Source: Octopus bimaculoides
Lineage: Eukaryota
Reading direction: 5' to 3'
Assembly (NCBI RefSeq): GCF_001194135.2
Contig: NC_068981.1
Coordinates: 101,949,449-102,013,448 of the forward strand
Length of the DNA stretch: 64,000 bases
How positions within the stretch are numbered: the first letter of the stretch is position 1; each line of letters begins with the position of its first letter. The notes below the pieces were generated by a model, which saw nothing but the letters and a program-made list of their open reading frames with translations, was not told the DNA's origin and ran no database searches. The position numbers were made by a program, and so were the translations under genes. Positions 23,686 through 37,781 of this stretch are shown in pieces.

Positions 23686-26600
23686 TATTGAGCAAATTGA
23701 ATGAAGCCATATTATTTGCCAGGAAACACAGCCAAAATATATTAATAAAGTAATTAACAAATTTTATTTGGGATCTCCGTAAGCAGGAATGCAAACCTTA
23801 AACTGATTGTAAGCTTTGTAGTGGGTGCCAGCCTTTGGCATCAAACATAGGTTTTGAGTTACTTCAGAATATGTATGTTGCCAAAAGATCATTCACCCAC
23901 TTTTACCCTCTTCTATTTCTTTAAATTGAACCAGTAACCTTTATTTAAGTTCTTAAAGTAATAAATATAGTTAAGTGGCTGGCCAGAGGTAGGTTCCAAA
24001 GAGTAAGTGGCCCTATCAACCATATTGTAATCATATTTTATTCTTATTGAAATACACTTTCAATGTGCATTCAATTCATTTTGAAAATAAAAAAATTTGT
24101 GGAATTTATTAACATACCTAACTCTACCTTTATTAAGCTGGTGTTTGGAACATAACCACAATAAAAGTTCTTTAAAATTATAAATTGTTTTAATCTAGAC
24201 ATTAATCAACAACACAATAACCCATACACACACGTGGTGAAGGTGTGTGGTTTAGTGGTTAGGTATTCAGCTCAAGATCATAAGGTCTTGAGTTCAATTC
24301 CAGGTGGCACATTGTGTCCTTGTGTCTATGTTGCTCCAGTCCACTCGGCTGGTAAAAATGAGTTGTACCTGTAATTCATAGTGCCAATTTTGTCATATTC
24401 TGCTTCATGCTGAGTCTCCCTGAGAACTACGTTAAAGGTACACGTGTCTGTGGATTGCTCAGCCACTTGCATGTTAATTTTATAATTCTATGAATAGGCT
24501 GTTCTGTTGATTACTTGGAACACTTGTCAAAACTGATTGAGTGCCACCTTAATGTATACAAACGTATGTATATACATTCACACATGTGCGTGTTTGTGTG
24601 TATATGTATACACACACACGCACACACATGTTGCAGTCAGTTGGCATCAAATAGGTTGCTTTGTGGTTATTGTTCTAGCTCTCTGCATCCTGAATTCAAA
24701 TTTTGCCAGGTCAGCTGAGTTGTTCTTCATTTTGAGGTTAATATAGAAAGCACCAGTCCTGCACAGGGACCGAGTCTTTTCTCTCTCTCTCTCTCTCTCT
24801 CTCTCACCCATTTTTTCCTTCTTTTAGTCATAATCACTCCTACAGGAAAAAAATTGAGACTGCAGTGAGTTCTGGAGGGAGATGGGTCATCCAGGTCTAA
24901 AAAATGTCCAGTACATACCATGGGCTATACCATGCCCCTTTGACTTCATCAAGAGGTTAAAGGACTAAGGCATATGTATAAAAAGTGAGAGAGACTGACG
25001 TACATACATACATGCATGCATGCATACACACAGACACGTGATACATGCATACAAGCATACATACATACATACAGACAGACACACATACATACATATATAC
25101 CAACAGAGATAATGAGAAATATTGAGACCGACAGACACACTTAATGAATAGATGTGTATGTTTCTTTATGTGTCACAAACTTTCATACAGTAGATATTTA
25201 GCACGAATCAGATGAAATAATACAATACTTCATCTACTTGGCTATTTCGTCTCTTTATAACAAAGCCAACATAGACAAAATAAACAGAAAAAAAAAAGAA
25301 CATGTAAAATATAAATAATATGGTAAATGGCAAGCCAAAAGTAAATTGAATAGCCCAGCAACACCATCTGAACTGCCTGAATAGAAAAAAATGTTCTTAC
25401 TTTACATGATTCTAAACAAAACATTACATATAAATTTACAAAAATAGAATACAAGTGAATACTGGAAGTTCAATATATGTAGCGAATATCTAAATATCTG
25501 AAATGAGCTGTAGTCAATAAGATTGTAATTTGTCTGACTATCAAACTCATACTGAGAGATGAAAACATTTTTTAATATCTACAAACTCACTAAAGGCAAT
25601 GGATGGGAAAAACGAGAGTTGGACAAAATATCTTGCAGTATTTAGTAATGCTGCTTATTTTCTGAAACCAATTTCGTCTATCATGTGTTTGTGTACTAGA
25701 GCAATGGTTGTATATAAGTGTCACCCCCACTTTACAAAGTGTCTTTTGTTTCCAACCTTCCATGGAAATGTGTTTGGCTCTAGGGAAACAGAAGCTTATT
25801 TGGAAACGGGTGAGGACTGGAATGAGATGAAGATAGGTATCAGGCTGTAGAAAATTTACCTCAATGAATTCTGTCCGTGCAAGCATAGAAAACTGAACGT
25901 TAAAACAATGATGGTAACTGTACAGATATATATCATCATCTTTTTTACGCCCATGGATCAGATAGAATTTATTGAGGCAGATTTTCTACAACTGGATGTC
26001 AACCTCACCTGTTTCCAAATAAGCTAATACTTCTTGATAGCTAAATATATTTGCATGAAAGATTCGAAACAAATAATATTGTTTCCATGACAATGACACT
26101 CATTTACAACTAGCATGCACTGTCAAGATAAGGAGATGCTTACTCACACACACGGGTATTGTTGATCAGCTTTTTTTAGTTTCCATCTATGAAATACATT
26201 CACAAAACTGGTCAGTAAAGAACCTTAGTAGAAGACAAGAGGAATGAACCTAGAACCATGTAGTTGGGAAGCAAACCTCTTAACCACACAACTACACCTG
26301 TGCCTATAGCCACTGGAAACTGAAAACTTCGCAAATTGTTACTCTGAGTTTCTCAATTTTGATCTTTGGACAGTTATTGGCACCACAACCACAATTATCT
26401 GAGGACTGTCACAGTTGATTGAATATTAGAAATGAGAAACCTGGAGTAATGACATTTGAAGCTTTCAGCAGTTTCTGATAAATACACTAAACAGCTCTAC
26501 TTTCAGTATTGTGTACTCTGTGTTCTCCCCTGTGTTTGCATGTGTATCTTTTAAAGATACACATGCACACACACACAAATATGCATGTATGTGTGTACAG

Positions 26601-27539
26601 ATACATATATGTATGTACATGCACATACATAGACATACACACGTATGTATATACATACACGTAAGTATATACATACACGTATGTATATACATATATGTAT
26701 ATTCCTTTTACTATATTTTATCTCAATGCTGCTTATCTCTAAGAGGTTTTCATTGAATACTGACAATATTAACATGAGAAGTAGATAATAAAATACAAAA
26801 TATTAAAAAAAAACAACAAAAACAAAACAACAAAAGAATAAGATACAAAAAAATATATACCTCCATACCTCCTTACATACACATTGCCTCTACCACTTTC
26901 CATACACAAACAGATATAATATAAAAAGGAATGGTACGAATGAAAGTTGAAAAGATAGCAAGAATGTTTCTATGTGAGCTAAACTTATCAACAAAACAGT
27001 TGTACAGTTGTTTACAGTAAACAAGCTGCATTTTTTGGCAGTTCACTATATTTGCTACTACAAGATTCTATTATTGTTATAATAATATTTAAGTGGGGTT
27101 TTCCTCTAGGATTCTTTGATAGCAAAATATGACATTTACACAATGTGTTTATGTGTGTGCGTATCTGTAGATAATTTTCAGACTATGCATGCAACTATAA
27201 GCACAATAATTGTAGGCCAAAAATCTATTATATAATCGTAGTTGTGTGTAGTTAGATATCAAAGAAGTATCATCACCATTATTATCGTTTTCTGTTTGTT
27301 TTCTATGGTTGTTTGTATGGATTGAGCAAGTCTTTGCCAACACAGTGTAGTCCCACTTCTTACTATATATATATATATATATAGGCTTCTTTCAATTTCC
27401 GTCTACCAAATCCATTCATAAAGTTTTAGTCAGCCCAAGGCTATAGTAGAAGACACTTGCCCAAGGTGCTACGCAATGGGACTGAACCAGAACCATGTGG
27501 TTGGGAAGCAAGCTTCTTACTACGCAGCCATATAGAAAG

Positions 27540-28050
27540 GAATCAGAGTACATCTGAGAGTTAGTTGTAGCAGTGAGTTGATTGTGCACTGATAAAGTTG
27601 ATGGAAAGTAGGTTATCACATCTCCAGTAGAGAGAATATTTTCGAGGTCTCTGTTCATGGAAGCACTGTATGTTTGGGTGTGGCATGTCTAAGTTTTGTG
27701 AGTGATGGTGTAAATGTGTGCAGAGTTAAAGTTGAATGAAGAATTCTGTTCTATCACTTGCTTAGGAGTTTGTGTGTGTGAAGTAAGCTATGAAAGCTGG
27801 TAGGTCATTAATGTACAGTGAGATTTATGAGAGATACATTACAAATCTTTGGAATTCACTAGAGTTTACAGAATGTTGGTTGAAGGCAGTCCCATCATCA
27901 CTTGATAGAATAAGGTGGTCTGACAGGAGATCTCTAGTCCAAGAGAACTAAAATCTAACCAACAGGTAGGTAGCATAGCATAGGCATGAGATACCTATGC
28001 TAGACGTGGTCAAAGGTCTGCATATGTAAAGAGTAAAAACATTGGTTTCA
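27540..28050 (-). pseudogene. CR1-clade LINE RT remnant
   Basis: Minus-strand translation gives TFDHV*H (KAFDRVWH-like), then SSWTRDLLSD...DGT...VNSSEFQR (SGVPQG-like) and SLYINDLP. A deletion follows before the YADD motif. Confidence 0.65.
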
Positions 28051-28227
28051 CAAAAATTATCAAGGATAAGAAACTATGAGATCAAACCACAAGCAGAGCT
28101 GGTTCTATAGAAACCATACTAGTGATCAGTAAGAGGTTAAAAAGAGACAAGCACATGATGATAAAGGACGTGGTTGTTTCTCTAATCTTTGAGATGTTAG
28201 AAGCAAAGGCAATAAGTCGATAAGAGA

Positions 28228-28473
28228 GAAAGAAGGCGAGCTGGCAGAAACGTTAGCATGCTGGGCGAAATGCTTAGCGGTATTTCGTCTGCCGTTACAT
28301 TCCGAGTTCAAATTCCGCTGAGGTCGACTTTGCCTTTCATCCTTTCGGGGTCGATTAAATAAGTACCAGTTATGCACTGGGGTTGATATAATTGACTTAA
28401 TCCGTTTGTCTGTCCTTGTTTGCCCCCTTTGTGTGCAGCCCGTGTGGGCAGTAAAGAAATAAGAGAGAAAGAA
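28228..28473 (+). mobile_element. Young SINE B subfamily with an alternative 3' tail
   Basis: CpG-rich head AAGGCGAGCTGGCAGAAACGTTAGC...GAGTTCAAATTCCGCTGAGGTCGACTTTGCCTTTCATCCTTTCGGGGTCGAT. The tail (TCCGTTTGTCTGTCCTTG...GTAAAGAAATAAGA) differs from other B copies. Confidence 0.85.
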
Positions 28474-29051
28474 GTTGCTTTCCTTGGAAATGAAACACAC
28501 TGTTCTGGTATGCTTACAGGGATTGGGAGAGAGTTCTGCAGAAAGAGAGAGAGAGAGAGAAAGATTTAAGGATTTAGTAAGGATAGGATGTGGCTTTATT
28601 TAATGGTAAATTGATTTAATTTAATGCTAATGGTAAATATGTATTTACTATGGGGATGGATGCAGAACAGAGAAGGAATGTTTGGTGGGAGCTTTATGAG
28701 TGCAGTATAATATGCAGAGACAGAGGCAGGAAAAATAGAAATAAAACTAATGTGGTAGTTTTAACTATAGGGGTGCTACTTACAGAGTCATTGATATTGC
28801 AAGTGGAATGTAGAAGCACTTGACATGTGTCTACTGATGTACAGGCATGTGTATTTTTATATATAAGTATGTACAAAGATGAACAATTGATTTAGTAAAG
28901 ACAAGTGGAGAGAGAGAGAGAGAGGGGGGGGAGTGAAGAAAGTGGATACAAAAGAAATGAGAATTGAGTGTAGAGATTTTGCAACATCATACATGTTTGA
29001 TCTTCAGCACAATGCTGACATAAAAATCTAAGTTTTCTGTGTGTCTCAGTG

Positions 29052-29093
<42 letters not shown>

Positions 29094-29275
29094 AATACAT
29101 ACATATGGGATACACACGAACGCACACACACACACAAACAATGTCCCATAAGTTAACATTAAAATAAGTCATATATTTGAAAACCTGGCAGGCTTATAGG
29201 ATATCTAGCATTAATACATGTGAATAGGTACACACATCCATGCATGCATAAACATATACATACACCCATAGTATG

Positions 29276-29308
<33 letters not shown>

Positions 29309-29982
29309 GTTTGCATTTAAGAATATATGGAAATTTATGAGATGGTTAATAAATAATACATAAGAGACACAGAAAGAAGTTAAACACACACACATCACAT
29401 ACACCTATGCAAATAAAAATAAAAACAAGGAAACCCGCTTCTACAGTCTCAATGAGTAAAGCTATTTATAACAAGTATATTCATCAGAAGCCAGTTTATT
29501 GCACAGATACGTGAGAATGTGAAAGTATTAAGAGAGATAAGCAGTTTTACATCTTCACATATTTCCTCTGAATATTCTTTAAGTAGGCACGGTTGCTATC
29601 AACATTATTTCGTTGAATAACGTGCAAAATGTCACGAAGACAGAGCAAACAGAGAATAGTAATTCTTGAACCATTTACATAACTCAAGGTATGAAATTGA
29701 AAAAAAAAAAAAAGAAAACAAGGAAAAGAACTTTATTTCAAAAATAACATAAATATTTATTTACGAGATGCACATTATAATGATAAACAGAGTCAATCAT
29801 TTGACCTTTACATCTTTTTTATAAAAACCAGATGCAGGCTTGGATTGATCACTAAACAATATAAACATATCCTAAAAATACTATGAGAAAAAGGGCACCA
29901 CAAAGGGGTTCCTTCCAAGTGTCAGATTTACTACAATGTTAATAATGAATTATAACAATAAGCTTATTATATATATATTATA

Positions 29983-30398
29983 TTACTCTTTTACTTGTTT
30001 CAGTCATTTGACTGTGGCCATGCTGGAGCACTGCGTTTAGTCGAGCAAATTGACCCCAGGACTTATTCTTTGTAAGCCTAGTACTTATTCTATCGGTCTC
30101 TTTTGCCAAAATGCTAAATTACGGGGATGTAAACATACCAGCATCAGTTGTCAAGTGATGTTGGGGGCACAAACACACACACAAACATATACACACACAT
30201 ACATACATACATACATACATGCATGCATACATACATATATATATACGATGGGCTTCTTCAATTTCCGTCTACCAAATCCACTCACAAGGCTTTGGTCGGC
30301 CCGAGGCTATAGTAGAAGACACTTGCCCAAGGTGCTATGCGGTGGGAATGAACCCAGAACCATGTGGTTCGTAAGCAAGCTAATTACTACACACCCAC
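29983..30398 (-). mobile_element. SINE family A, full length, abutting a SINE B fragment (30399-30578)
   Basis: Same head/CORE/microsatellite/tail layout as 6605-6978. Confidence 0.85.
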
Positions 30399-31259
30399 GG
30401 CACAAGGCCAGCAGTTTTGAAGTAGGGGTTAAGTTGATTAAATCAACCCTGGTTCTCGACTGATACTTATCGACCCCAAAAGGATGAAAAGCAAAATTGA
30501 AATTTAAACTCAGAACATAAGGACGGACAAAATGCCACAAAACATTTTGCTTGGCTTCCTAATGATTCTGTCAGCTTTTATATACATATATTATATTATA
30601 TTATAAAATGCAGAAGACATGCATTTTCCTTTTGCCTTAGTTATAATAATTAATCTGTTTGTGTTGCTTATGTTTGTTTAGTGATAAATAAAAATTTAAA
30701 ATAAGTTATATTTAAATTGTATCTTGGACCAGACATTAAACTGCATCTGATGTTGAAATGCCCAGACCAGAAATTCAGAAGTTTTGGGTGAGCATGCAAA
30801 AATTTCTAAGTCACCACTTCTCTTAAGTCTGTCCTGACCTGGGATGGTAGTATCAATCAGAGACCCCAGTTATGGGTCGAATGGCAAAAGATGGTCCTAT
30901 TGCCATGGCATACAGGTGTGGGAGAAGTGCTGGCTTTTGGACATGTCATTACATGTGTACTGATGTGTGGACATGCTCTAATGTTATGCAAACCAGTCCT
31001 GCTGCTTAGGGGCTGAATAAGTCTGGTGTCTCAAGGGTAAATTTGATAGAACAGGAGACTAGCAGAGTAAATTGTAAATAAACCAGTAGAACGCAATGGG
31101 AAACCACTAATGTATACTACCAAAGAAAAGTTATGAAAACACTACCTTTTATATCTCAGAACTACTTTAACCCTTTTGTTGCCTTATTTTGCCTTTGTTT
31201 CAATTAATTTTGAAAAGAAATGAAAGATTTAGTAAAATAACTGTCATTATGAATCTGGC

Positions 31260-31478
31260 AATTAAGGCAGCAAGTTGGCAAAATTGCTAGCACTCTGGAC
31301 AAAACGCTTAATGACGTTTCATCTGTCTTTACATTCTAAGTTCAAATTCTGCTGAGAATGACATACCAATCATTCTTTTGGGATTGATAAAATAAGTACC
31401 GGTTGAGCCCCGGAGCTGATGTAATCAATTCACTCCCACCCCTGAAATTGCTGGCCTTGTGCCAAAATTTGAAACCAT
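31260..31478 (+). mobile_element. SINE family B
   Basis: ATTAAGGCAGCAAGTTGGCAAAATTG...GGCCTTGTGCCAAAATTTGAAACC. Confidence 0.8.
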
Positions 31479-32249
31479 TTTTATTCTGGCATATGGAACC
31501 TGATACCAGATTAGCTGGCTGGAAACTTGCAATGAATGACATCACTGTTCACAGAATATATTGCTTGAATCATCCAGTTTAACACCCTAACCTGGTACTT
31601 TAGGTGTCATTAGCACAGTCCACTTTGTTGCAGGCATTCAGGCTAGGCCTCTGATTTTAGGATATCTTCCTTCCTCCCACCAGTCTTCAAGGTCCCATAA
31701 ACAGTTATAGCCACTACTTTCTCTCTTGACTAAAAGCAAACAAATAAATAAAATAGCCATGGCTGGAATATCATTGATCATAAGTCTACTTGATCAGAGC
31801 ATACATAGGTCTAAACAACAACTCACAGCTCTTGTATTTTAATGAAAGCAGGCTTGCCTACCAATCAGTCATATTGCTTTTTATGGATATGGACAAGAAT
31901 ATTTGTAAGTGCATTATACCACCTACACTGCTGAAGCAATAATTTATTCTAGAAAATATAGATATCTAAATCTGTGCTACTAATCTAACCTACCTATGTG
32001 CAAGGAACATAAAGGATTTTTTTTTCTTCTTTACATTTTTTCTGGTTTCACATTTAGATATTTGTTCTAAAAACAAATTATTATTTCTATAGTTAGCAAA
32101 ATCGTTAAGACAATTTAATAGCTAATGTAAATGTCTATTGGATTTTCATGAATAGATATTACTATACATATACATATACATATATATATATACACACACA
32201 CACACACATATATATATGCAGACATCTCTCTTTCTCTCTCCCTTTCTCT

Positions 32250-32348
<99 letters not shown>

Positions 32349-32957
32349 AATGAACTCAACTGTAGAAATGATATTACTTAGTATCAGTTTAATACCAAAA
32401 AGTGAAAGGGAGGGCTAGAGGAAGGGAGAAAGAAAGGAAAAGAGAGAGAGCGAGAAAGATAAAGGGAGAAAAAGAGAGTGAGATAATAAATTAAGTAAAA
32501 AAAGTTGTAAAATTGATGAAAATAATGGCATCCATTCAGGTGTTTTTGCCATGTTTCTATAATATATTCTAAGATTAATTCAAGTAATAAGTTCTGCAAA
32601 CAATTGCAATTTATTTCCATCCCATCTGTACCAACGTTTGTGAATTCCAATAAAGACTATATATGAATAAGAATTTCTATGAGAGGACTGCAGCAATAAA
32701 TAAATAAATGAAATGCCACAGGGTCAATTTATGTGGGGGAATAGGAAAAGTATTGATTTATTTGACTTCAGAATATTACTGGTATGCATTATTGCTTTTG
32801 AAGCTGAAAATATTTAAAGCAAAGTTACTTTCATTGAGTCAGTACATACAGATGGAAGGAATTTAATTCAAATTTTCTAACTCTGATACCTTCACTATAA
32901 TGGTTTCTGACTTAGGCATAAGGTCACTTATTTGAGGAGAGGGGATGAGAATATATT

Positions 32958-33172
32958 GGTTTCAAATTTTGGCACAAGGTCAGTAATTTGGGGAGAGGGG
33001 TAAGTCAATTACAGAAACTCCAGTACTCAACTGGTATTTATTTCACTGACTCTGAAAGGATGAAAGGCAAAGTCAACCTCAGTAGAATTTGAACTCAGTA
33101 CATGAAGACGGATGAAATGCCACTAAACATTTTGCCTGGTGTGCTAACAATTCTGCCAGATCATTACCTTAA
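32958..33172 (-). mobile_element. SINE family B (another partial copy at about 33220-33335)
   Basis: GGTTTCAAATTTTGGCACAAGG...GATGAAAGGCAAAGTCAACCTC...CTGCCAGATCATTACCTTAA. Confidence 0.8.
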
Positions 33173-33553
33173 GGGGTTAGTCAATATTATAAAAACTTAT
33201 TATTTGATTGATATTTTATTGCATAGCTCCTAGAGGTGTGAAAGGCAAAGTTCACTTTGGTGGGATTTCAATTCAGATTGAAAAGAGCTAGAGCAAATAC
33301 CACAAAGCACTTTTTCTGACTTTCTGATGATTCTGCCTATAATAGAATATCTTTGTTTCTTACTGAGGCAAAACGCTGAATCACTCTCATGTTCCTCTAT
33401 ACCTCCTCCCATTCCCCCATCTTTATCATCATTGATAGGTTTTAATAAGCATGGCTGTGTGATTAAGGTGAAGAAGTTTGCCTTGCAACTCATACAGTTC
33501 CAAGTTCAATTCCACTGGGTCACTTCTGACAACTTTGGTTCTTTTCTCTAAAT

Positions 33554-33597
<44 letters not shown>

Positions 33598-34447
33598 NNN
33601 NNNNNNNNNNNNNNNNNNNNNNNNNNNNNNNNNNNNNNNNNNNNNNNNNNNNNNNNNNNNNNNNNNNNNNNNNNNNNNNNNNNNNNNNNNNNNNNNNNNN
33701 NNNNNNNNNNNNNNNNNNNNNNNNNNNNNNNNNNNNNNNNNNNNNNNNNNNNNNNNNNNNNNNNNNNNNNNNNNNNNNNNNNNNNNNNNNNNNNNNNNNN
33801 NNNNNNNNNNNNNNNNNNNNNNNNNNNNNNNNNNNNNNNNNNNNNNNNNNNNNNNNNNNNNNNNNNNNNNNNNNNNNNNNNNNNNNNNNNNNNNNNNNNN
33901 NNNNNNNNNNNNNNNNNNNNNNNNNNNNNNNNNNNNNNNNNNNNNNNNNNNNNNNNNNNNNNNNNNNNNNNNNNNNNNNNNNNNNNNNNNNNNNNNNNNN
34001 NNNNNNNNNNNNNNNNNNNNNNNNNNNNNNNNNNNNNNNNNNNNNNNNNNNNNNNNNNNNNNNNNNNNNNNNNNNNNNNNNNNNNNNNNNNNNNNNNNNN
34101 NNNNNNNNNNNNNNNNNNNNNNNNNNNNNNNNNNNNNNNNNNNNNNNCAGTATATAATATATAATTTTATTATAGTTCTTTTTAGTGTATTTACTTATTA
34201 AATTTTTCTATAAGTGACTGTGGATTTTCATGAATGAGTTCATGAACTTTGGTTCTTTTCTCTAAATTATATATGTCAGTAAATGGTGAGGTTGTGTTAA
34301 CCATACGTGGAGAAATAATAGGAAAATAAAAAATAATAACAATAATGCAGAATGCTAAACTGAAAGCATATTTTAATATAGATGTGTATAAGGAGGATTA
34401 AAAAGGATTTCTAACCAGCTTTCATTGCATGGCAAATTTTCAAGAAG

Positions 34448-35048
34448 AGGGAAAATGAAAATAATGTTTCTTTACAAAAATACAAAAAAATATATAAAAA
34501 AATAAATATACCAATACATTATATTGTCTTTGAGCTTTTAAAGTTCAGTGGTAATCCATGTAGATAATTGTTAGATAGATTAGGATGCATGCAATTAAGA
34601 ATGGTGTTGTGTTTAAAAACAGGCTGAGAGTTTATGTGTTAAACAGGAAGTGTGGTGTCAAAACAGGAAGTGTGTGTAAGGGAAGACAATTCTCTGGGTT
34701 TTATACTCTTTTGTTGGAGTTCTGGACTCTTTGTCAACAAGACGTTTATGTCTGTTCTTAGAGAAACAAGAAGTAAGTTTATATGTATTTCATTGGGTAG
34801 GCGAGAGAAGGGAATATGGTCATTGCGGAGTTTGTATGTTAAGAAGTGTTTGGAATTTCTCTATAAAAAGATTCTCCTTGTTGATTCTTTCTTGTGTAGA
34901 AATTCTGTCTTTACATTGATAGAAAGGGAATATAAGGAATTTAGGGTTTTTATTTCTGGCGCAAGAAAGACAATATAATGTATTGGTATATTTATTTTTT
35001 TACATATTTTTTATTTTTTTGTAAAAAACATTATTTTCATTTTCCCTC
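34448..35048. mobile_element. Element with long AT-rich inverted repeats, right arm truncated by a gap
   Basis: 34448-34531 is the reverse complement of 34966-35048 (GAGGGAAAATGAAAATAATG...TACCAATACATTATATTGTCTT). Confidence 0.7.
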
Positions 35049-35374
35049 NNNNNNNNNNNNNNNNNNNNNNNNNNNNNNNNNNNNNNNNNNNNNNNNNNNN
35101 NNNNNNNNNNNNNNNNNNNNNNNNNNNNNNNNNNNNNNNNNNNNNNNNNNNNNNNNNNNNNNNNNNNNNNNNNNNNNNNNNNNNNNNNNNNNNNNNNNNN
35201 NNNNNNNNNNNNNNNNNNNNNNNNNNNNNNNNNNNNNNNNNNNNNNNNNNNNNNNNNNNNNNNNNNNNNNNNNNNNNNNNNNNNNNNNNTATATATATAT
35301 ATATATATATTTGTTTGCCTAACCCTCAATATGTGAATGTGCATATCTATTGTTTATACCTTTTATATTTTGTT

Positions 35375-35965
35375 TTAGTCATCAGACTGTGGCCATGCTG
35401 GAGCCTTGAATAATATTAGTTGAATAAATGAATTCCAGTGCTGTTTTTTTTAACCATTTAGCATTTAAACTGGCCATATCTGGTCAAAATACTATGTTTT
35501 ATGTTTAAATAAGACAGATCCGATCTCTCATACCTACTCTACAATGTCATTCTACAAATAAACAATCACATAATCAAATTCTCAAAACTATGAGATACTG
35601 CATGCTTAATTCAAAACAGTGTGAATAAATAAAGCGTTACTTTTGATAGAATAATCTGAATGCTAAAGGATTAGGCTTGGTATTTATTCTATCAGTCTCT
35701 TTTGCCATACTGCTAAGGTACAGGAACATAAACATACCAACACCGGTTGTCAAGTGATGATAGGAGACAAACACAGACACACACACACACATATATATAT
35801 ATACAATGGGCTTCTTTCAGTTTCTATCTACCAAATCTACTCAGAAGGACTAGGTTGGCCAGAGGCTATAGTAGAAGACACTTGCCCAAGGTGCCATATG
35901 GTGGAACTGAACCCCAAAGCATGTAGTTTGGAAGCTAACTTCTTACCACACAGTCACACCTGTGT
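35375..35965 (-). mobile_element. SINE family A with a nested piggyBac-type MITE (about 35455-35670)
   Basis: The SINE A tail is interrupted by TTAA CCATTTAGCATT...AATGCTAAAGG. Confidence 0.75.
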
Positions 35966-36209
35966 GAAAGATATATAAACACAGATGGTAAAAAGCCAAT
36001 AAACTGGCACTTGTGAACTGTGATATTCATTTTGTCCAAGTTGCCTAGACAAACCCTTCTCACTCTTGCCATCATAGGTACCAGTGACTGGCTAGGTGGA
36101 CCAGTGGCTGCCTAGTTGGAAACCTGTAACCAGTGATGCTATTATTTACAAAGGAAATATAAAATAAACAAATGAGACAAAATAGTTACTGAAATAGATC
36201 AATAATAAT

Positions 36210-37744
36210 CCTTTCTACTAAATGTACAAGGTCTGAAATTTTTGGGGCTGGGGTACTAGCCGATTACATCCATCCTAATATCAAACTGGTACTTAATTTA
36301 TCGACCCTGAAAGGATAAAAGGCAAAGTCAACTTTGGTGAAATTTGAACTCAGAACACATGAAATACTACAATGCATTTTGCCCAGCATACTAACGATTC
36401 TGCCACCTCACTGTCTTAAATATAATAATAATAATAATGGTTTCAAATTTTGACACAAGGACAGCAGTTTTGGGGAGGGGATAAGACGATTAAATCAACC
36501 CTAGTGCTCAACTATACCAACCCTAAGGAGATGAAAGGCAAAGTTCACTTTGGTGGAATTTGAACTCAGTATGTAAGGACGGATGAAACGCTGCTAAGCA
36601 TTTTGCCCCTTGGGTGTTAACGATTCTGCCAGTTTGCCACCTTAATAACAACAACGACATTGTAATATTTGGTCTCCTTTTCCTGCAATATATCACTGTT
36701 ATTCATAAGTAACATCAACAGTAAAACACCCAACTTGCTGTTACTTGAGGCCTTTGGGTGAGACTTGGAACAGCTCATATAAAACAAGGCAACAACAACA
36801 ACAACAACAACAAAAAATACTAATAATTCTACTACATACACAAGGCCTGAAATTTGATGGGAGGGGTTAGTCAATTACAATGATCCCAGTGCTTGACTGA
36901 TACTTATTTCATTGACTCTGAAATGATAAGAGGCAAAGTTGACCTCAGCAGGATTTGAACTCAGAACATAAAGGCAGACAAAAAACCCACTAAGCATTTT
37001 GTCCAGCATGTTAATAATTCTATCAGCTTGCTGCCTTAACAAAAATACTACTAGTAATAATTGTTTCAATAATAATTTATTAGATTGGCTGAAGGCCACA
37101 AAACCCCCAACCAAAGCTAATTATTAATAATAGGAATTAGTTACATTGGCACAGGACCAGAGATTGTAGGGGAAGGGTGTAGTTGGTTGAATCAATCTTA
37201 GTATAAGAATGACATGAAAGGCACAGTCAATCTTGGTGGTTTTCGAACTTCCGAGTGGAGAAGGACATTATTAGGTATACAGGTCATTTAGTCCAACACC
37301 CTATCATTTCTTCACTCCATTGCCTTTGATAACTATAATAATAATAATAATGATAATAATAATAATTATTATTATTATTATGACATATAATCTTGGCACT
37401 AAGCCCACAAAACTGTAGGGATGGAATATAGTTCATTCAATCAACCTCCGTGAATTAATATGGAAGACTCTTGCATATGTAATATTGGGAGATTATTTAT
37501 ATAGTTAGAATACAAAACTCCTCTTTAGGAGGTGGAAGGTCTTTAAAATCTAAAATAAGAGACCATCAAGGAAGATAACTCCAATAAGATCAGCTGATCA
37601 AAGTTTTTGCACAATAGAGACATAATATATATTATATATACTGTCCAAGAATTTCAGTCAAGTTTATTGGAGTCAACTGCCTTGTTTCAATCATTAATTA
37701 TGATAGACTCAGCTAACAGTTGAAAACGTTCTACGCAACAGCTG

Positions 37745-37781
<37 letters not shown>

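Noticed and set aside
24808-24955. Protein-like frames on both strands (FWREMGHPGLKNVQYIPWAIPCPFDFIK on plus; GVIMTKRRKKW on minus)
   Set aside because: Mutually incompatible exon models fit equally well, showing the high false-positive rate of by-eye exon calling here.
32420-32656. Minus-strand frame FIGIHKRWYRWDGNKLQLFAELIT*INLRIYYRNMAKTPEWMPLF after a plausible acceptor
   Set aside because: Internal TGA, no donor site, and no family I recognise; not a convincing NUMT under the mitochondrial code either.
33532-34273. 27-bp direct repeat ACTTTGGTTCTTTTCTCTAAATTATAT on either side of a gap
   Set aside because: Could be a long TSD, but it cannot be separated from a scaffolding artefact with about 550 N between.
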